This document shows, piece after piece, positions 29,832 through 40,900 of a stretch of DNA of 64,000 bases (its first letter is position 1; each line of letters begins with the position of its first letter). The notes below the pieces were generated by a model. The model had not been told where the DNA came from. It saw nothing but the letters and a program-made list of their open reading frames with translations, and did not search any database. The stretch covers positions 96,001 through 160,000 of the forward strand of contig CAZALK010000011.1 in the NCBI GenBank assembly GCA_964486045.1, in the 5' to 3' direction. The position numbers and the translations under genes were made by a program. This DNA comes from an uncultured archaeon (GTDB lineage Archaea; Asgardarchaeota; Lokiarchaeia; Sigyniarchaeales; SOKP01).

Positions 29832-30632
29832 TCAACGAAAGTAAGAATCTGCCCCTTTATCGTCCTGAGGTGGTTTCATAAATTGATCTGTTTGTTTCTT
29901 AAAAGATTCAAAAACATGTTCCATTTCTTTAATTTTCTCATCTAACTTACTAAAATCCATATCTAGGGTAAAATAATCCTTTATTAAAGAAACGAGGGCT
30001 TTTGATGAACGGGGATCTAAAGTCATCATTGGTAAAGGAATTGTCTCAGCTAGTAAACAAACGCCTGGAGCAAAGTTATTAGACCCAGCATAAGCGGGAA
30101 TTATTCCATTTGCTCCTGAAATATATCCACTCTCATACAATTTGGTATTTTCAAACTCTAGGAATGACTTAACAAGATCTTTTTTAGTACCGCATACATA
30201 AACTAAAGGATTATCATGAACTCTATCAGAAATCATAGCACCTGTACTTACATACATTTGGATATTTCCTCCTGTAATCTTTTCCATTTCTTCACAAAAG
30301 ACTTTTGAAAATTCAAAGACCCCCTCGGGAGTTTGAGGTTGATAAGAGGCCGTTAAAATAAATAGGTCATTTTCCTCTTCTATTTTCGCTGGTTTATAAT
30401 ACAATTTTGCGGTTGGAATTTCTAAAGAACCCTTTTCTACAATTGCTTTAGGTGAAAAATCAAAATATTGAATATTTAACAGTTCCTTGGCATCAAGAGA
30501 TTCAATTATAGATGTTATTGCCAATTTTGCTACTAGTGCGATTCCAGGCCACCCAATCAACACAATAGGGTTTTTAATGCTCTTTTTTTCTAAACTAAAT
30601 TTTTTTTCTATATTTATATGCATTTTTCTCAC
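29832..30632 (-). CDS. PAC2 family proteasome assembly chaperone
   Basis: LIGWPGIALVAKLA, QPQTPEG, ISGANG, CLLAET, DPRSSKAL, C-terminal YFR. Confidence 0.88.
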   Translation of the reverse strand: MRKMHINIEKKFSLEKKSIKNPIVLIGWPGIALVAKLAITSIIESLDAKELLNIQYFDFSPKAIVEKGSLEIPTAKLYYKPAKIEEENDLFILTASYQPQTPEGVFEFSKVFCEEMEKITGGNIQMYVSTGAMISDRVHDNPLVYVCGTKKDLVKSFLEFENTKLYESGYISGANGIIPAYAGSNNFAPGVCLLAETIPLPMMTLDPRSSKALVSLIKDYFTLDMDFSKLDEKIKEMEHVFESFKKQTDQFMKPPQDDKGADSYFR

Positions 30633-30643
30633 TTATTTAATAA

Positions 30644-31672
30644 TTATTTATTTAAAGTGGAAAGATTTTCCCCGCAACGAGGACAAAATCTCTTTCTTCT
30701 ATCTATTAAAACACCACAATATGGACAATAAAATCTACCTTCATTTTGCAAAATTAATGTAGGTTCATCTTTTATGGAATAATAACTTCTTTGAAATTTT
30801 ATTTCTAAATCTTTTTTAGTTTTTAATGAAGCAAATAATACTGTTAATAAACATATAAACAAGGGTGCAAGAAGGATATTAACTAGATTTAGTAAAAATT
30901 GATACAGAATAATCATACCATAATTTCTCGTACTTGGTTCTAGCCATATGTTGTAATTATATGATATAACACTAGGATCCACAAAGAAATCGATAATGTA
31001 GTTGAATATAAAACTAAAAATGAAAACTATACTAAAATTGAAAATAAAAACACCGATAATTTTAAGTTTGTTGTTAGTTCCTTTCGCAATTACTCTTGCT
31101 TCCGAAATTGGCTTTTTTATTTCTTCAATATTGTATGTGAATACTAAAAAAATAAACATGGTAAATACAACAATCGCAGGAATATATAATAAAATGGAAC
31201 TGATTGGCAAACATATGCCAACTATAAATATCACAATAAAAATTTTCTTATTAAAAGCTGATTTAAAAGAATTGGAAAAGCTTGTTTTATCATGCATATA
31301 TTTTTTTAAAACATAGTTACTGACAGAACACATCGCTATTGTAATTATAATTGCTCCAATTAGGTTTTGGAGGAAAAGTAAAACAACACTCAATAGCATA
31401 AAAAGAGATATTAAATTCCACTCGCCTGCAGTTAGAGGTGTATCCTCAACGATCTGCGCCATTAAATCAACTACATTAATTCCTATCGAATCGATATATA
31501 CTTTAAGATCGGTGAGTAAAAAAGTATCGAACATAATTAATATTAGCTGAAAAAAGGCAAGTGGAAGAATTATTGCTCTGTAACATTGAAAAAACAATCT
31601 AATCCCCTCCGATAGAACTTCGCTGAATCTTTTATTTACGAGGTTTACCAATCTTTGGGAATTTTTTTCCAT
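30644..31672 (-). CDS. Multi-pass membrane protein with C-terminal double zinc ribbon
   Basis: Several TM helices; YCPYCG..FCPRCG. Confidence 0.7.
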   Translation of the reverse strand: MEKNSQRLVNLVNKRFSEVLSEGIRLFFQCYRAIILPLAFFQLILIMFDTFLLTDLKVYIDSIGINVVDLMAQIVEDTPLTAGEWNLISLFMLLSVVLLFLQNLIGAIIITIAMCSVSNYVLKKYMHDKTSFSNSFKSAFNKKIFIVIFIVGICLPISSILLYIPAIVVFTMFIFLVFTYNIEEIKKPISEARVIAKGTNNKLKIIGVFIFNFSIVFIFSFIFNYIIDFFVDPSVISYNYNIWLEPSTRNYGMIILYQFLLNLVNILLAPLFICLLTVLFASLKTKKDLEIKFQRSYYSIKDEPTLILQNEGRFYCPYCGVLIDRRKRFCPRCGENLSTLNK

Positions 31673-31790
31673 ACTGTCTATAAAAAAGTATTTTATTATA
31701 ATTTTATTATATTTTCATAGATAACGATATGTTAATACGTTTATTCACTATTATTGAAGGTAATTACTCAATTAAGTATTTCTAACAATA

Positions 31791-33698
31791 ATGTCTTTTA
31801 TTGGAGAGTCAAGGTATATAAGGAAACAATCTTCACGTCAAATTCCAGGAATAATTTCATATTTAGAATTGTTTTCTTCAAAAAAATTAGCGTATTCAAT
31901 ATTTTTTGTCATACCTTTACTTTTTGGCTTCATCTCATTAATTATTCATACCTCTTTAATAGGTTATTTAGAAGTTTTCCATTTTTTTAGGTTTGTAATT
32001 CTTTTTTTACTAATCTCAGGATTATCGACATTATTTTCTATTATTTTCTTTTCTAAAAAGGCTCCTATTTTACGATCACCTCCTAATGGATGGTCAGTAC
32101 AGATGAATGTGTATTTTAGTATCGTGATTGAAGTAACTTTCATTTTTGGTCAAATTGTTTCGAGTCTCTTGAATAATATATGGTATCAAGAAGTTTTTTT
32201 GATACTAGGGACAATAATCGCTTACGCTGTAGCTTTTATAATTTATTTCTCATTCACTACAGTAGGTCGGCGTGGTTATTTTTTTTTATCCTTAGCTCAA
32301 CCGGTTACAACTATTTTGCTTTATGCTTTATACACTGGTCAATTTAATACAGATTTCTTTGTAAGAGCAATGATTTTTTTCACAGGGTGTGCCTTATTAT
32401 TTGCAATCCCCTATAGAAGAGGTTTATTTCAAGTCAGTAATGTATATAAAGAAGCAACAGGAATGGGGGGTTACTCCTTTATTAGAGCCTTTATTCTTTC
32501 CATGATGACTGAAGGAAATGATGAACTTATTGAAACATATTTTGACAGAGTTGGTATAAAATCTAAAGTGAAAATTCAATATCTTCTTATCCGTAGCATA
32601 AACACTAAAGAAATAAAAGGCTTGTTTATTATTCCGCATATTCACTTTGGACCATTTAAGACGTGTGGTTCCTCAGATTTACCGGAACATATATATAGAG
32701 CATTTACAGATATTCCGGGAACTACTGTATATCACACAACAAACGATCATTCCAAAAATTTAACAACCCAGGGTTATGTTGAGACAGTAGTAGATAAAAT
32801 TAAACAAGACATTAATGAAATAAGAAATAATAACGAAACTACATGGATTAAAGAAATTAAAGACTTTACAAGAAAAATTTCGAATTCTGCTAAACTCATA
32901 GGAATGGAAGTTGGGAATGTACCATTAGTTTTTATTACTAGACACCCCCTACCTTCTGATGATATAGAAGCAGAAGTAGGAGAACAAATTAGAGAGTTTG
33001 CTATTTCTCAAGGACTTCAAGACATAATTATCATCGATTCTCATAATGCAATAATTGGTGATGAAATATTAATAACCAAAAATACAATCGAATCCCAAGA
33101 TCTCATTAACGTCTCAAAGAAATATATTGAGAGTAAAACCATTCAAGGATCTAAGAAAGTTCAAATGCAATATGGAGTTGCGAAGAGTACATTTAAAAAT
33201 TACTCAGAAAAAGATGGTATTGGTTTTGGGGGAATGGTTGTTCATCTATTTAAAAATTCTGAGAATGACCAAACCACATTATTAATACATTTTGATGGTA
33301 ATAATGCATATGTAGATATTAGGTCCTATATTCTAAATATGCTTCAAAATAGAGGAATCGAGAAAGGAGAAATCTCTACTTCCGATTCTCATACAGTAGC
33401 CAGGCAGCTTTCCGCGAGAGGGTATTCACCCATAGGTGATAAAATAAAAATCGATGATATTCTGGTAAAACTAGATTTATTAATCCAAGAAGCAGAAAAT
33501 AATTTGGAACCCGTTGAATTTTATTATAAAGCTTCAAGTGTAGATAATGTTAAGATCTGGGGAAACCCTAGATACTTTTACGCAATCTTAGACACACTTA
33601 AAGAATGTATTAAAGTATCCCAGAAATTATTAACACTAAGTTTAATCATTCCAACATTTTTTTCACTTATTTTACTCTTATTTCTCTACAATATCTAA
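31791..33698 (+). CDS. DUF2070 family membrane protein
   Basis: N-terminal TM bundle; PHIHFGPF..GSS, DSHN, DGNN, TSDSH. Confidence 0.8.
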   Translation: MSFIGESRYIRKQSSRQIPGIISYLELFSSKKLAYSIFFVIPLLFGFISLIIHTSLIGYLEVFHFFRFVILFLLISGLSTLFSIIFFSKKAPILRSPPNGWSVQMNVYFSIVIEVTFIFGQIVSSLLNNIWYQEVFLILGTIIAYAVAFIIYFSFTTVGRRGYFFLSLAQPVTTILLYALYTGQFNTDFFVRAMIFFTGCALLFAIPYRRGLFQVSNVYKEATGMGGYSFIRAFILSMMTEGNDELIETYFDRVGIKSKVKIQYLLIRSINTKEIKGLFIIPHIHFGPFKTCGSSDLPEHIYRAFTDIPGTTVYHTTNDHSKNLTTQGYVETVVDKIKQDINEIRNNNETTWIKEIKDFTRKISNSAKLIGMEVGNVPLVFITRHPLPSDDIEAEVGEQIREFAISQGLQDIIIIDSHNAIIGDEILITKNTIESQDLINVSKKYIESKTIQGSKKVQMQYGVAKSTFKNYSEKDGIGFGGMVVHLFKNSENDQTTLLIHFDGNNAYVDIRSYILNMLQNRGIEKGEISTSDSHTVARQLSARGYSPIGDKIKIDDILVKLDLLIQEAENNLEPVEFYYKASSVDNVKIWGNPRYFYAILDTLKECIKVSQKLLTLSLIIPTFFSLILLLFLYNI

Positions 33699-33782
33699 CA
33701 AATTTTATTATCTTATAATTCAATATTTAAATAATTCCTCTACCTATTTGTTATTTATACATAAAATGGAAAAAGTGAGTAG

Positions 33783-34508
33783 ATGGTATTAAACCCCTTG
33801 GATATTTTAAATGGAATATTTAGTTTCATATTTGTGGTTATATCTTTATTTGTTGGCTTTCTAATACTATTAAGATATATCAGGTATAAAGAGAAAATAT
33901 ATTTTTTAGTTGGAACTACCTGGATTTTAATATCTGAACCCTGGTGGCCTTCCAGTTTGTCCTTCCTAGTATCCTTAAGTAATGGGGTGGGATTATCACC
34001 AACATTGTACTTCATAATTGGGAATACGTTGGTTCCGTTGGCGATTATCTTGTGGTTATTAGCATTTACAGATTTTTTATTTACTGAAAAACGTAAATTG
34101 ATACTAATAGTATTCATAATTATCGGAATAATCTTTGAAGTTATATTCTATACTTTCTTATTTATAAATCCTGTTCTAATTGGAACCCAAAACTCGCCTG
34201 TCGACGTGAGTTATAGTTTCTTCATAATAATTTTTTTGGTAATTTTTGTTTTAATTGTTGTCATTAGTGGCTTACTATTTGCTCATTTATCGTTAAAATC
34301 TGATGATCCAGAAGTTAAACTCAAAGGAAAATTATTAGTAATTGCTTTTATAGCGTTTTTCCTAGGAGCATTATTAGATTCATCGATACGTTTAAATGAG
34401 CTTGGAGTAATATTCGTAAGGTTAATATTAATAGCGAGTGCCATCTTTTGGTATGGTGGATTCTTACTTCCCTCTTGGATGAAAAAACTTTTTCTAAAAC
34501 AGAACTAG
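33783..34508 (+). CDS. Seven-TM membrane protein of unknown function
   Basis: About 7 hydrophobic segments, EPWW motif, amphipathic C-terminal PSWMKKLF helix. Confidence 0.7.
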   Translation: MVLNPLDILNGIFSFIFVVISLFVGFLILLRYIRYKEKIYFLVGTTWILISEPWWPSSLSFLVSLSNGVGLSPTLYFIIGNTLVPLAIILWLLAFTDFLFTEKRKLILIVFIIIGIIFEVIFYTFLFINPVLIGTQNSPVDVSYSFFIIIFLVIFVLIVVISGLLFAHLSLKSDDPEVKLKGKLLVIAFIAFFLGALLDSSIRLNELGVIFVRLILIASAIFWYGGFLLPSWMKKLFLKQN

Positions 34509-34588
34509 GTATTATTAGGATATTATCTGGATTCATATTTTTTTTAAACTAGATCTCTTTAATAAATCAATTAATATCCTGGACAGTT

Positions 34589-35116
34589 ATGTTAAGCTCT
34601 GAAATTAGTAAAATAATAAAAGTAACCTTTATTGGATCTCCTGCCGTGGGTAAAACAACTATGTTAAAACTTTTAATTCAGGATCCTATTGATAGGTTTT
34701 ACATACCGACCCATGGACTTGACCTTAGAACAGTGAAATTTGATGATTATTATCTTCGTGTATGGGATCTTGCAGGTCAGAGTGGTTATCTGCGAACTTA
34801 CTCAAAAGATTACTTATTAGGCTCAGATATTATTTTTATCGTATCAGACTCAACTCCTCGAAACGTATTAAACACTAGAGAATTGATTAATTATGCATGC
34901 CATTTTGTCGGAAAAGAATGTCCAATAATATGTATAGCGAACAAACAAGATCTAGTAAAAACTGATGGTCGAATGGATGCAAAAAGGGTTGAGGATCTTT
35001 TACATGTGAAAACCTATGGATTAACTGCAATAAATTCATCAGAGAGATTAAAATTATTAAATATAATAAAAAAAGAATTAGAACATATATCAATTAGAAG
35101 GGGGTTAAGAAAATAA
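34589..35116 (+). CDS. Ras-superfamily small GTPase (Arf-like)
   Basis: GSPAVGKT, PTHG, WDLAGQ, IANKQDL, TAI. Confidence 0.9.
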   Translation: MLSSEISKIIKVTFIGSPAVGKTTMLKLLIQDPIDRFYIPTHGLDLRTVKFDDYYLRVWDLAGQSGYLRTYSKDYLLGSDIIFIVSDSTPRNVLNTRELINYACHFVGKECPIICIANKQDLVKTDGRMDAKRVEDLLHVKTYGLTAINSSERLKLLNIIKKELEHISIRRGLRK

Positions 35117-35670
35117 TGAGATTTAGTGAAAATGAGCTGTTTGGCGCAGCTCTAATTGGATTCGACATGATTGATGGTCCATTCCTCAAATGGAAAAAAG
35201 AATTTGAAAAATCCACAAATTTAGTTAATTTAAACGATTTTGCTATGAATTTTTATCTTGCTTTTCGAGGTGGAAACGCTGGTAAAAAACCAAGGGCGAT
35301 TCTATATGATAAATTTTATATCGTAGCTTTTCCTAAAGATTTAGAATTATTATGTCTTTTTATGAAACCTCAGGGAATTGAAAATAATATAAAACAACTA
35401 AATAAAATAGCTACCAAAATAACTCTTGAAATGGAAAGGGAAGAAGAAAATTTATCACCATCGAAGGATTCTAATGAGGAAACTGTAGAAGAAACCAAGA
35501 GACTCATACCGAATTTGTTAAGCGGAGCAAAAATGTCAACTCCAGAATTAAGAAGATACTTTAAATTAAGTAACTCTCAAATTTGGAAGATCATGTCTGA
35601 TTTAGAGAATTCCCAAAAAATCAAACGTGCGGAAAAAAAAGGGAGAGCTCAACTTTGGACAGCAATATAA
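35116..35670 (+). CDS. Longin/uDENN-like domain fused to a winged HTH
   Basis: LIGFDMIDGPFL resembles the F-D-x-x-x-G-P uDENN/longin start; C-terminal MSTPELRRYFKLSNSQIWKIMSDLE wHTH; TAATG overlap with the GTPase. Confidence 0.55.
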   Translation: MRFSENELFGAALIGFDMIDGPFLKWKKEFEKSTNLVNLNDFAMNFYLAFRGGNAGKKPRAILYDKFYIVAFPKDLELLCLFMKPQGIENNIKQLNKIATKITLEMEREEENLSPSKDSNEETVEETKRLIPNLLSGAKMSTPELRRYFKLSNSQIWKIMSDLENSQKIKRAEKKGRAQLWTAI

Positions 35671-35686
35671 ATTCCCCATTTTTATT

Positions 35687-36511
35687 TTATCTTGTCCTGT
35701 GATCCCATTTTCCAATATTTTTTGTATAATATCGTGAGAACATAATATGACAAATGTCTGGTAAGTCTTTATCTAGGTTATTTACAGTAATAAATCGTAG
35801 AATATGGTTTATTAAAAAAATTCCGATAAATTCAGCATGATAACTATCTAAATTTCTTTCTAGGGTTTCCCCTTGAAATTTTATATCTAAACCGTCCTCC
35901 TTATCCCATATTATTTCTGCAAAAATTTTCGGGAAAATTTCCTTTTTAATTCTCCATTTATTTTCAGTTTTCCATACTTCGGCCCCAATAAAAATCGCGA
36001 GTGGTTCAATGTCATTTTCACGTAAATATTTGAAGGGTTCATTTCTTTGCATGAGAACATTTTCCATTAATTCTGATTTTGAGTTGTAATTCTTTTCAAA
36101 CGGTTCCTTTTCCTTCAGTTTTCTTTCAATAAAATCCATGACAATATCAATATAGGTGGCACTATCTTCACCGGGTACCCAAGCTACACGTTTACCTGAA
36201 AAGTAAAAGGTGAATTCTGCCTTAATATCATCACCAAACTCATTCCCAAAATAAGTGTAAGAAATATGTATGGTTACCTCTGGAAACATTTCAATAGTTA
36301 TTGACCAATCTTCACTAAATCCAATATTTTCAATTCTACCTCCTAAATCATTGTTCACAATAGCACCAAGCTTTTCTAAGTCTATATCTATGAAGAGAGC
36401 ATATTTAGCTTTACTAATGTCTTCAAGTTCTTTTTCATGAGGTCCTCTTACACCAGTAGCATCAATTTGGCCTATTTTCATGAATTTTCTATTTTCTTGT
36501 GGCATTAACAA
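35687..36511 (-). CDS. Hypothetical protein with two internal repeats (DUF3786-like)
   Basis: WSITIEMFPEVTIHISY and WRIKKEIFPKIFAEIIW repeated units. Confidence 0.55.
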   Translation of the reverse strand: MLMPQENRKFMKIGQIDATGVRGPHEKELEDISKAKYALFIDIDLEKLGAIVNNDLGGRIENIGFSEDWSITIEMFPEVTIHISYTYFGNEFGDDIKAEFTFYFSGKRVAWVPGEDSATYIDIVMDFIERKLKEKEPFEKNYNSKSELMENVLMQRNEPFKYLRENDIEPLAIFIGAEVWKTENKWRIKKEIFPKIFAEIIWDKEDGLDIKFQGETLERNLDSYHAEFIGIFLINHILRFITVNNLDKDLPDICHIMFSRYYTKNIGKWDHRTR

Positions 36512-36543
36512 ACCATCACATTAATTAATTGAAATAAGAACTG

Positions 36544-37809
36544 TTATATATCTTTTTTTTTGAATTTTCCTATGAAAAAACCCTGAGTATGGTGGATTGA
36601 GGGAAATAACCTACCAGTTCCAGGTAATATCGAATTATTGAGAGTATAACTAGGAGAAAACCAATGAGGTAATTCTAATGGTTCCAAACTATTATTGAAT
36701 TTTGAGATGAGGTATTCACCTTCCTCTGGATATAAACTGCAAGTTGAATATACAAGAATGCCGTCGTGTTTTAATAATTTTAGAGCACTTTCAAATAATT
36801 TTTCTTGTAATAACATACACTGGTGTAAAAACCTCTCGTTTTGTCGCCATTTCAGTTCTGGATTTGCTGATAAAGTTCCATTCCCCGTACACGGAGCATC
36901 CAGCAATATACGATCAAAATAATTTTTGAATCGAACAGGGAATTTTATACTATCAGTATTGATCATCTGTGTGTTTATTACGTATAAATTTTTGAGTAAT
37001 TTCTTCATTGCTTTTATCCTGCTAAACATGAAATCCCCCGCTATGATGCGACCTTTATTTTTCATACTTTGAGCTATTAAACTTGTTTTACTACCCGGAG
37101 CTGCACACATGTCGCATATAATTTCTCCTGGTTGAGGTGATAATACTTGAACCACCGCAGCTGATGCTTTATCTTGGAACATCAGAAATCCTTTTTGATA
37201 CCAATCATTTTGAATAACTCTACTCTTCATATTAATTGGAATATTTAACAAATATGGTATTTGTGGGTCTTCATTAAATCTAATATTCTTTTTTCTTAGC
37301 TCATTTTTAATTTGATAAAATATATTTTTTAGCTGATTTTTTCTCTTTAATGTATTAAATCGAAGATAAGTGTTGCCATCACTTATTGAATTGTCCATAT
37401 ATCTAACATTCTCTTTTAAAAATTTGAGTTCCATCACGGGTAAAAGATGGTTAATCATAAAAGTTGGAACTCCTTCGTATATACTTAACTTCTCTATTTC
37501 AGTTTTACCTGCTAAAGCCTTCCTCCAAGAAAATTGTCTTATCTTTTTCAAGAAATCCCATTCGATATTCTTTAATTCTCTAAAGATAATTTCATTTGAG
37601 GCTTTTTCCCAAAATATTCTATAAACAGCATAGGAAATTTGTGCTAACTTAATTTCGGAATGAAGTTTTGAATCGAGATTAGTTCTAGTAATTATAAAAT
37701 TTATCTTATTCCAAAATCTTACAATTTCATAATAATAATGAATAATCTGGGGATTATTACCGAAATTCTTCAATGAAGAAGGTTCTTTTTTAATAAATCT
37801 CATCAGCAA
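36544..37809 (-). CDS. RsmB/NOP2 family RNA m5C methyltransferase
   Basis: FQDKAS, DMCAAPGSKT, ILLDAPCTG, VYSTCS, TQGFF. Confidence 0.92.
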   Translation of the reverse strand: MLMRFIKKEPSSLKNFGNNPQIIHYYYEIVRFWNKINFIITRTNLDSKLHSEIKLAQISYAVYRIFWEKASNEIIFRELKNIEWDFLKKIRQFSWRKALAGKTEIEKLSIYEGVPTFMINHLLPVMELKFLKENVRYMDNSISDGNTYLRFNTLKRKNQLKNIFYQIKNELRKKNIRFNEDPQIPYLLNIPINMKSRVIQNDWYQKGFLMFQDKASAAVVQVLSPQPGEIICDMCAAPGSKTSLIAQSMKNKGRIIAGDFMFSRIKAMKKLLKNLYVINTQMINTDSIKFPVRFKNYFDRILLDAPCTGNGTLSANPELKWRQNERFLHQCMLLQEKLFESALKLLKHDGILVYSTCSLYPEEGEYLISKFNNSLEPLELPHWFSPSYTLNNSILPGTGRLFPSIHHTQGFFIGKFKKKDI

Positions 37810-37923
37810 ATCAAGTATTTCTGCAATTTCTGTTTTTTTGATAGCGAATAACCTCTCAATTGAAAAAGATAATTGTTCCTATTTATATTAATAAAAATAG
37901 ATTGAATTGAAAGAAAAAATTAA

Positions 37924-40900
37924 TTACTCTAATTTTGCTGGTACGATAAGCCCTTTTTCTCTTAAAGATATAATTGTGCTAATAATTTCATCTCTTGATG
38001 CCTTCCTCGCGGCTAAAGAGAGATTTAATAGGCTTGAAATGAAGATTGTTTTCCTTTCTTTTTGAATTTCTGCGGCCATTTCCACAAGATCCTTTTCTAA
38101 GCCCTTAAGTTTAATAACTCCGTAATGTCGGCCCAATTTTAGAGGGTATAATAATGAAATGTTGAAGTGTTTTTCAATTAAATCATCAGATTGTCTGAAT
38201 GGTGTAATATCACCAGTAAATCCTTTTAGTACTCCTGCAAATCTTTTCTCAAAGTGATCAGTAAATAACCATTGATTTTCTTTTAATTTTACACTAGGTT
38301 TCCCTTCTAATACTAAAGCTACTCTTACATATGATCCATCAGTTATAACAATTTTAAAATCAATATAGTCCATTTCAAATCCAGTTCTTTCAACTGTGGT
38401 AATTGTGCTCTTTTTAATTTCACTTTTAAAGGCGGAAATTGCTTGTAAGAACCCCGAAATGAGATCAGAATCTATGTCTTCAAATGAAATCTGTTTATGA
38501 TATATGGAAACGCCTACTTCTTTAGAAATGATCATTATGTAAGATATTTTAACCAAATCATCTAAGACAGTAGCGTCATCAGCCCAAATTCTTCTTTTTC
38601 TGGATTTCATGATATATCTTACTGTGATGAATGTACTTATAACAGCGATGCCTAAGATTATAAATGGCAGATATTGGGTGAATGCTTCCATAAACTGGGT
38701 AAATTCATTTATTACTCTTAAACTCTCTGAAGATATTTCAGCACTAGCATAAATTCCTTTTTGGGCAAAAGATACTTGGATCGTGAAACCTGTTCCTAAA
38801 TTTTGTAGAATCAAGGATGCAGAAGCAATTCCTTCTTCATTCGACCTTGAAGCAACCTCGTAAATTACGTTATTCTGGGTACCTAAAAGCTTGAATATAA
38901 GCTCAACTGATTCCAAAGGATTGCCTAGCCCATCAGTCACTTTCACTGAAAAGTAATACACTCCTGTTAGATATTGAATATTGGGTGTTTCTACAAATTG
39001 TATATTAACACCTAATCTTTCTTCAATGTCAAGGGAAAACTCCTCGCTATAACCATCTATCCTATAATTTCCCTCAAATTCAATTGTTATATTTAAGTTT
39101 CCACTAAAACTGTCTGGAACGGTATAGTTTAGCGATGTTTCATAATTAGTGTCAATATATCTTGTAAAAGGTTGTGTTAACGTCTCATATTTTATTGAGA
39201 ATTTAACTGGAAAACCTTCAAATGATATCGAACTATTTTCACAAGAAAAATCTAAATCAAGGAAAATTTCTTGACCAAATCGAATAGTTCCTGGCAAGGG
39301 GTCATAAGTAAAATTTGATCTCCACTTGGAAACATTTATTTGTGCTACATCTATGGAAAGAAATGCATGCGTTTGATTAGATTTCACCCAATATGTTTTT
39401 AAATAATATTTTTCAATGTTTAAAGTAGTATCAAGGACATTCCATTTAAAAGATGTTGAATTCTCTAATGCTGTTTCATTTAAGATATCGTAATCACTAA
39501 AAATCATAGATGAACTTTCGCTATAAACTTCAAAATTTACTTCACCTCCATAATATAACGGGATGGAAGCATTAGCAACCATAACTTGATCAATTTTGAT
39601 CTCTCCTGTTACACTATAATTCATATTCAGAATCGACATTGAAGAATTCATTCCAATTTTCCAAAGGCCATCTGAAATATTTAATAAAGTTATAGTTTTA
39701 AAGACATTATCAGATTGATTCGTCCAATACCATCCACCGTTAACAATAGGGGGAGAACTTGAAAAATTATAAACGTCTAAAATTAACCATTCTGAGGGGA
39801 TATTAAATTGTAAACCCCTACTTTCATCTATATTAGCATAATAAGAATAATAATTAATATCAGCACTTACATTCCATAATATTTTAGGATTATTTTGAGT
39901 TAATAAATATTCCCAATCGCAATTTTGAGAATTTTCTATAGTATAAATTCCACTAACATCGAATTGAACTTCTGGCCAAAGAGATGTAATATTAAAATAA
40001 TAAAATCCTTGAGTCGGGAAACCATCATATATATCCATTTCCCATAATCCATTATCTGAAACTCCGATACCAAAATTTTTTAATTGTATTTGGGGGGCTT
40101 TAAGTGTGCTGCTATTTATACCAAAACCTATTTTAGAAGCTATGTCTGAAGAAAAAGCATTTTGTATATGAAAATTAAGAGTAAATTCGTCAATTGAGAC
40201 ATTTATTCCCTTAAATGTACCATTTCCTATAAATCGAAGTCTAACTCTTAAAGAATTATCCTCACTTTCATTTAATAGATGCATTACATACCAAGAGTAG
40301 TAGGAATCAAAGGGTAAGATTTTTGTATCTTCCCCTATATCTGCAAAAGTTTTATTATCACTAAATTGAGGCCATTCAATTCCATAAAATGGAGTAAAGT
40401 TACCCCCATTATAAATTTCTAACATTGCGTGTGTAAGATTTGTAGTGTCTGAAATGCTAACATTAGAACTAATCCGGAAGTCAATTTGGTAGATTCTAGG
40501 GTTCGGTAAACGAAATATCCAATCTAAAGGATCGTCAACATCCCATAATGAGCTGTCTAAATTTTGTAATATATTAAATCTAAAATCAATAGATGTGGTG
40601 TTTGAAGTTGAATTACCAATAACTTCAAGAAACAAGTTATCATTTTCTTTAAGTGAATCAACTATTTCATCATTATCAGTATTAATGGTGCCATTTAACA
40701 CAGTTACGTTACTCGCATAATGTAATTCCTTTACTATTGGATCGTACTTTTGAATAGTTGTAATGGGTTTTATCTCTCCTACTTCGATATTAAATAAATT
40801 TACTGAAATATTATGAAAATCATTATTTCCAAGAGCAATATATTCAAACATAAATCTTAGTGAATTGTTCCCACCTGCAGAGGTATTCATCATCTGTATG

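Noticed and set aside
33783-34508. Calling the 7TM protein a GPCR or rhodopsin
   Set aside because: No recognisable GPCR motifs or retinal-binding Lys in helix 7; only topology is similar
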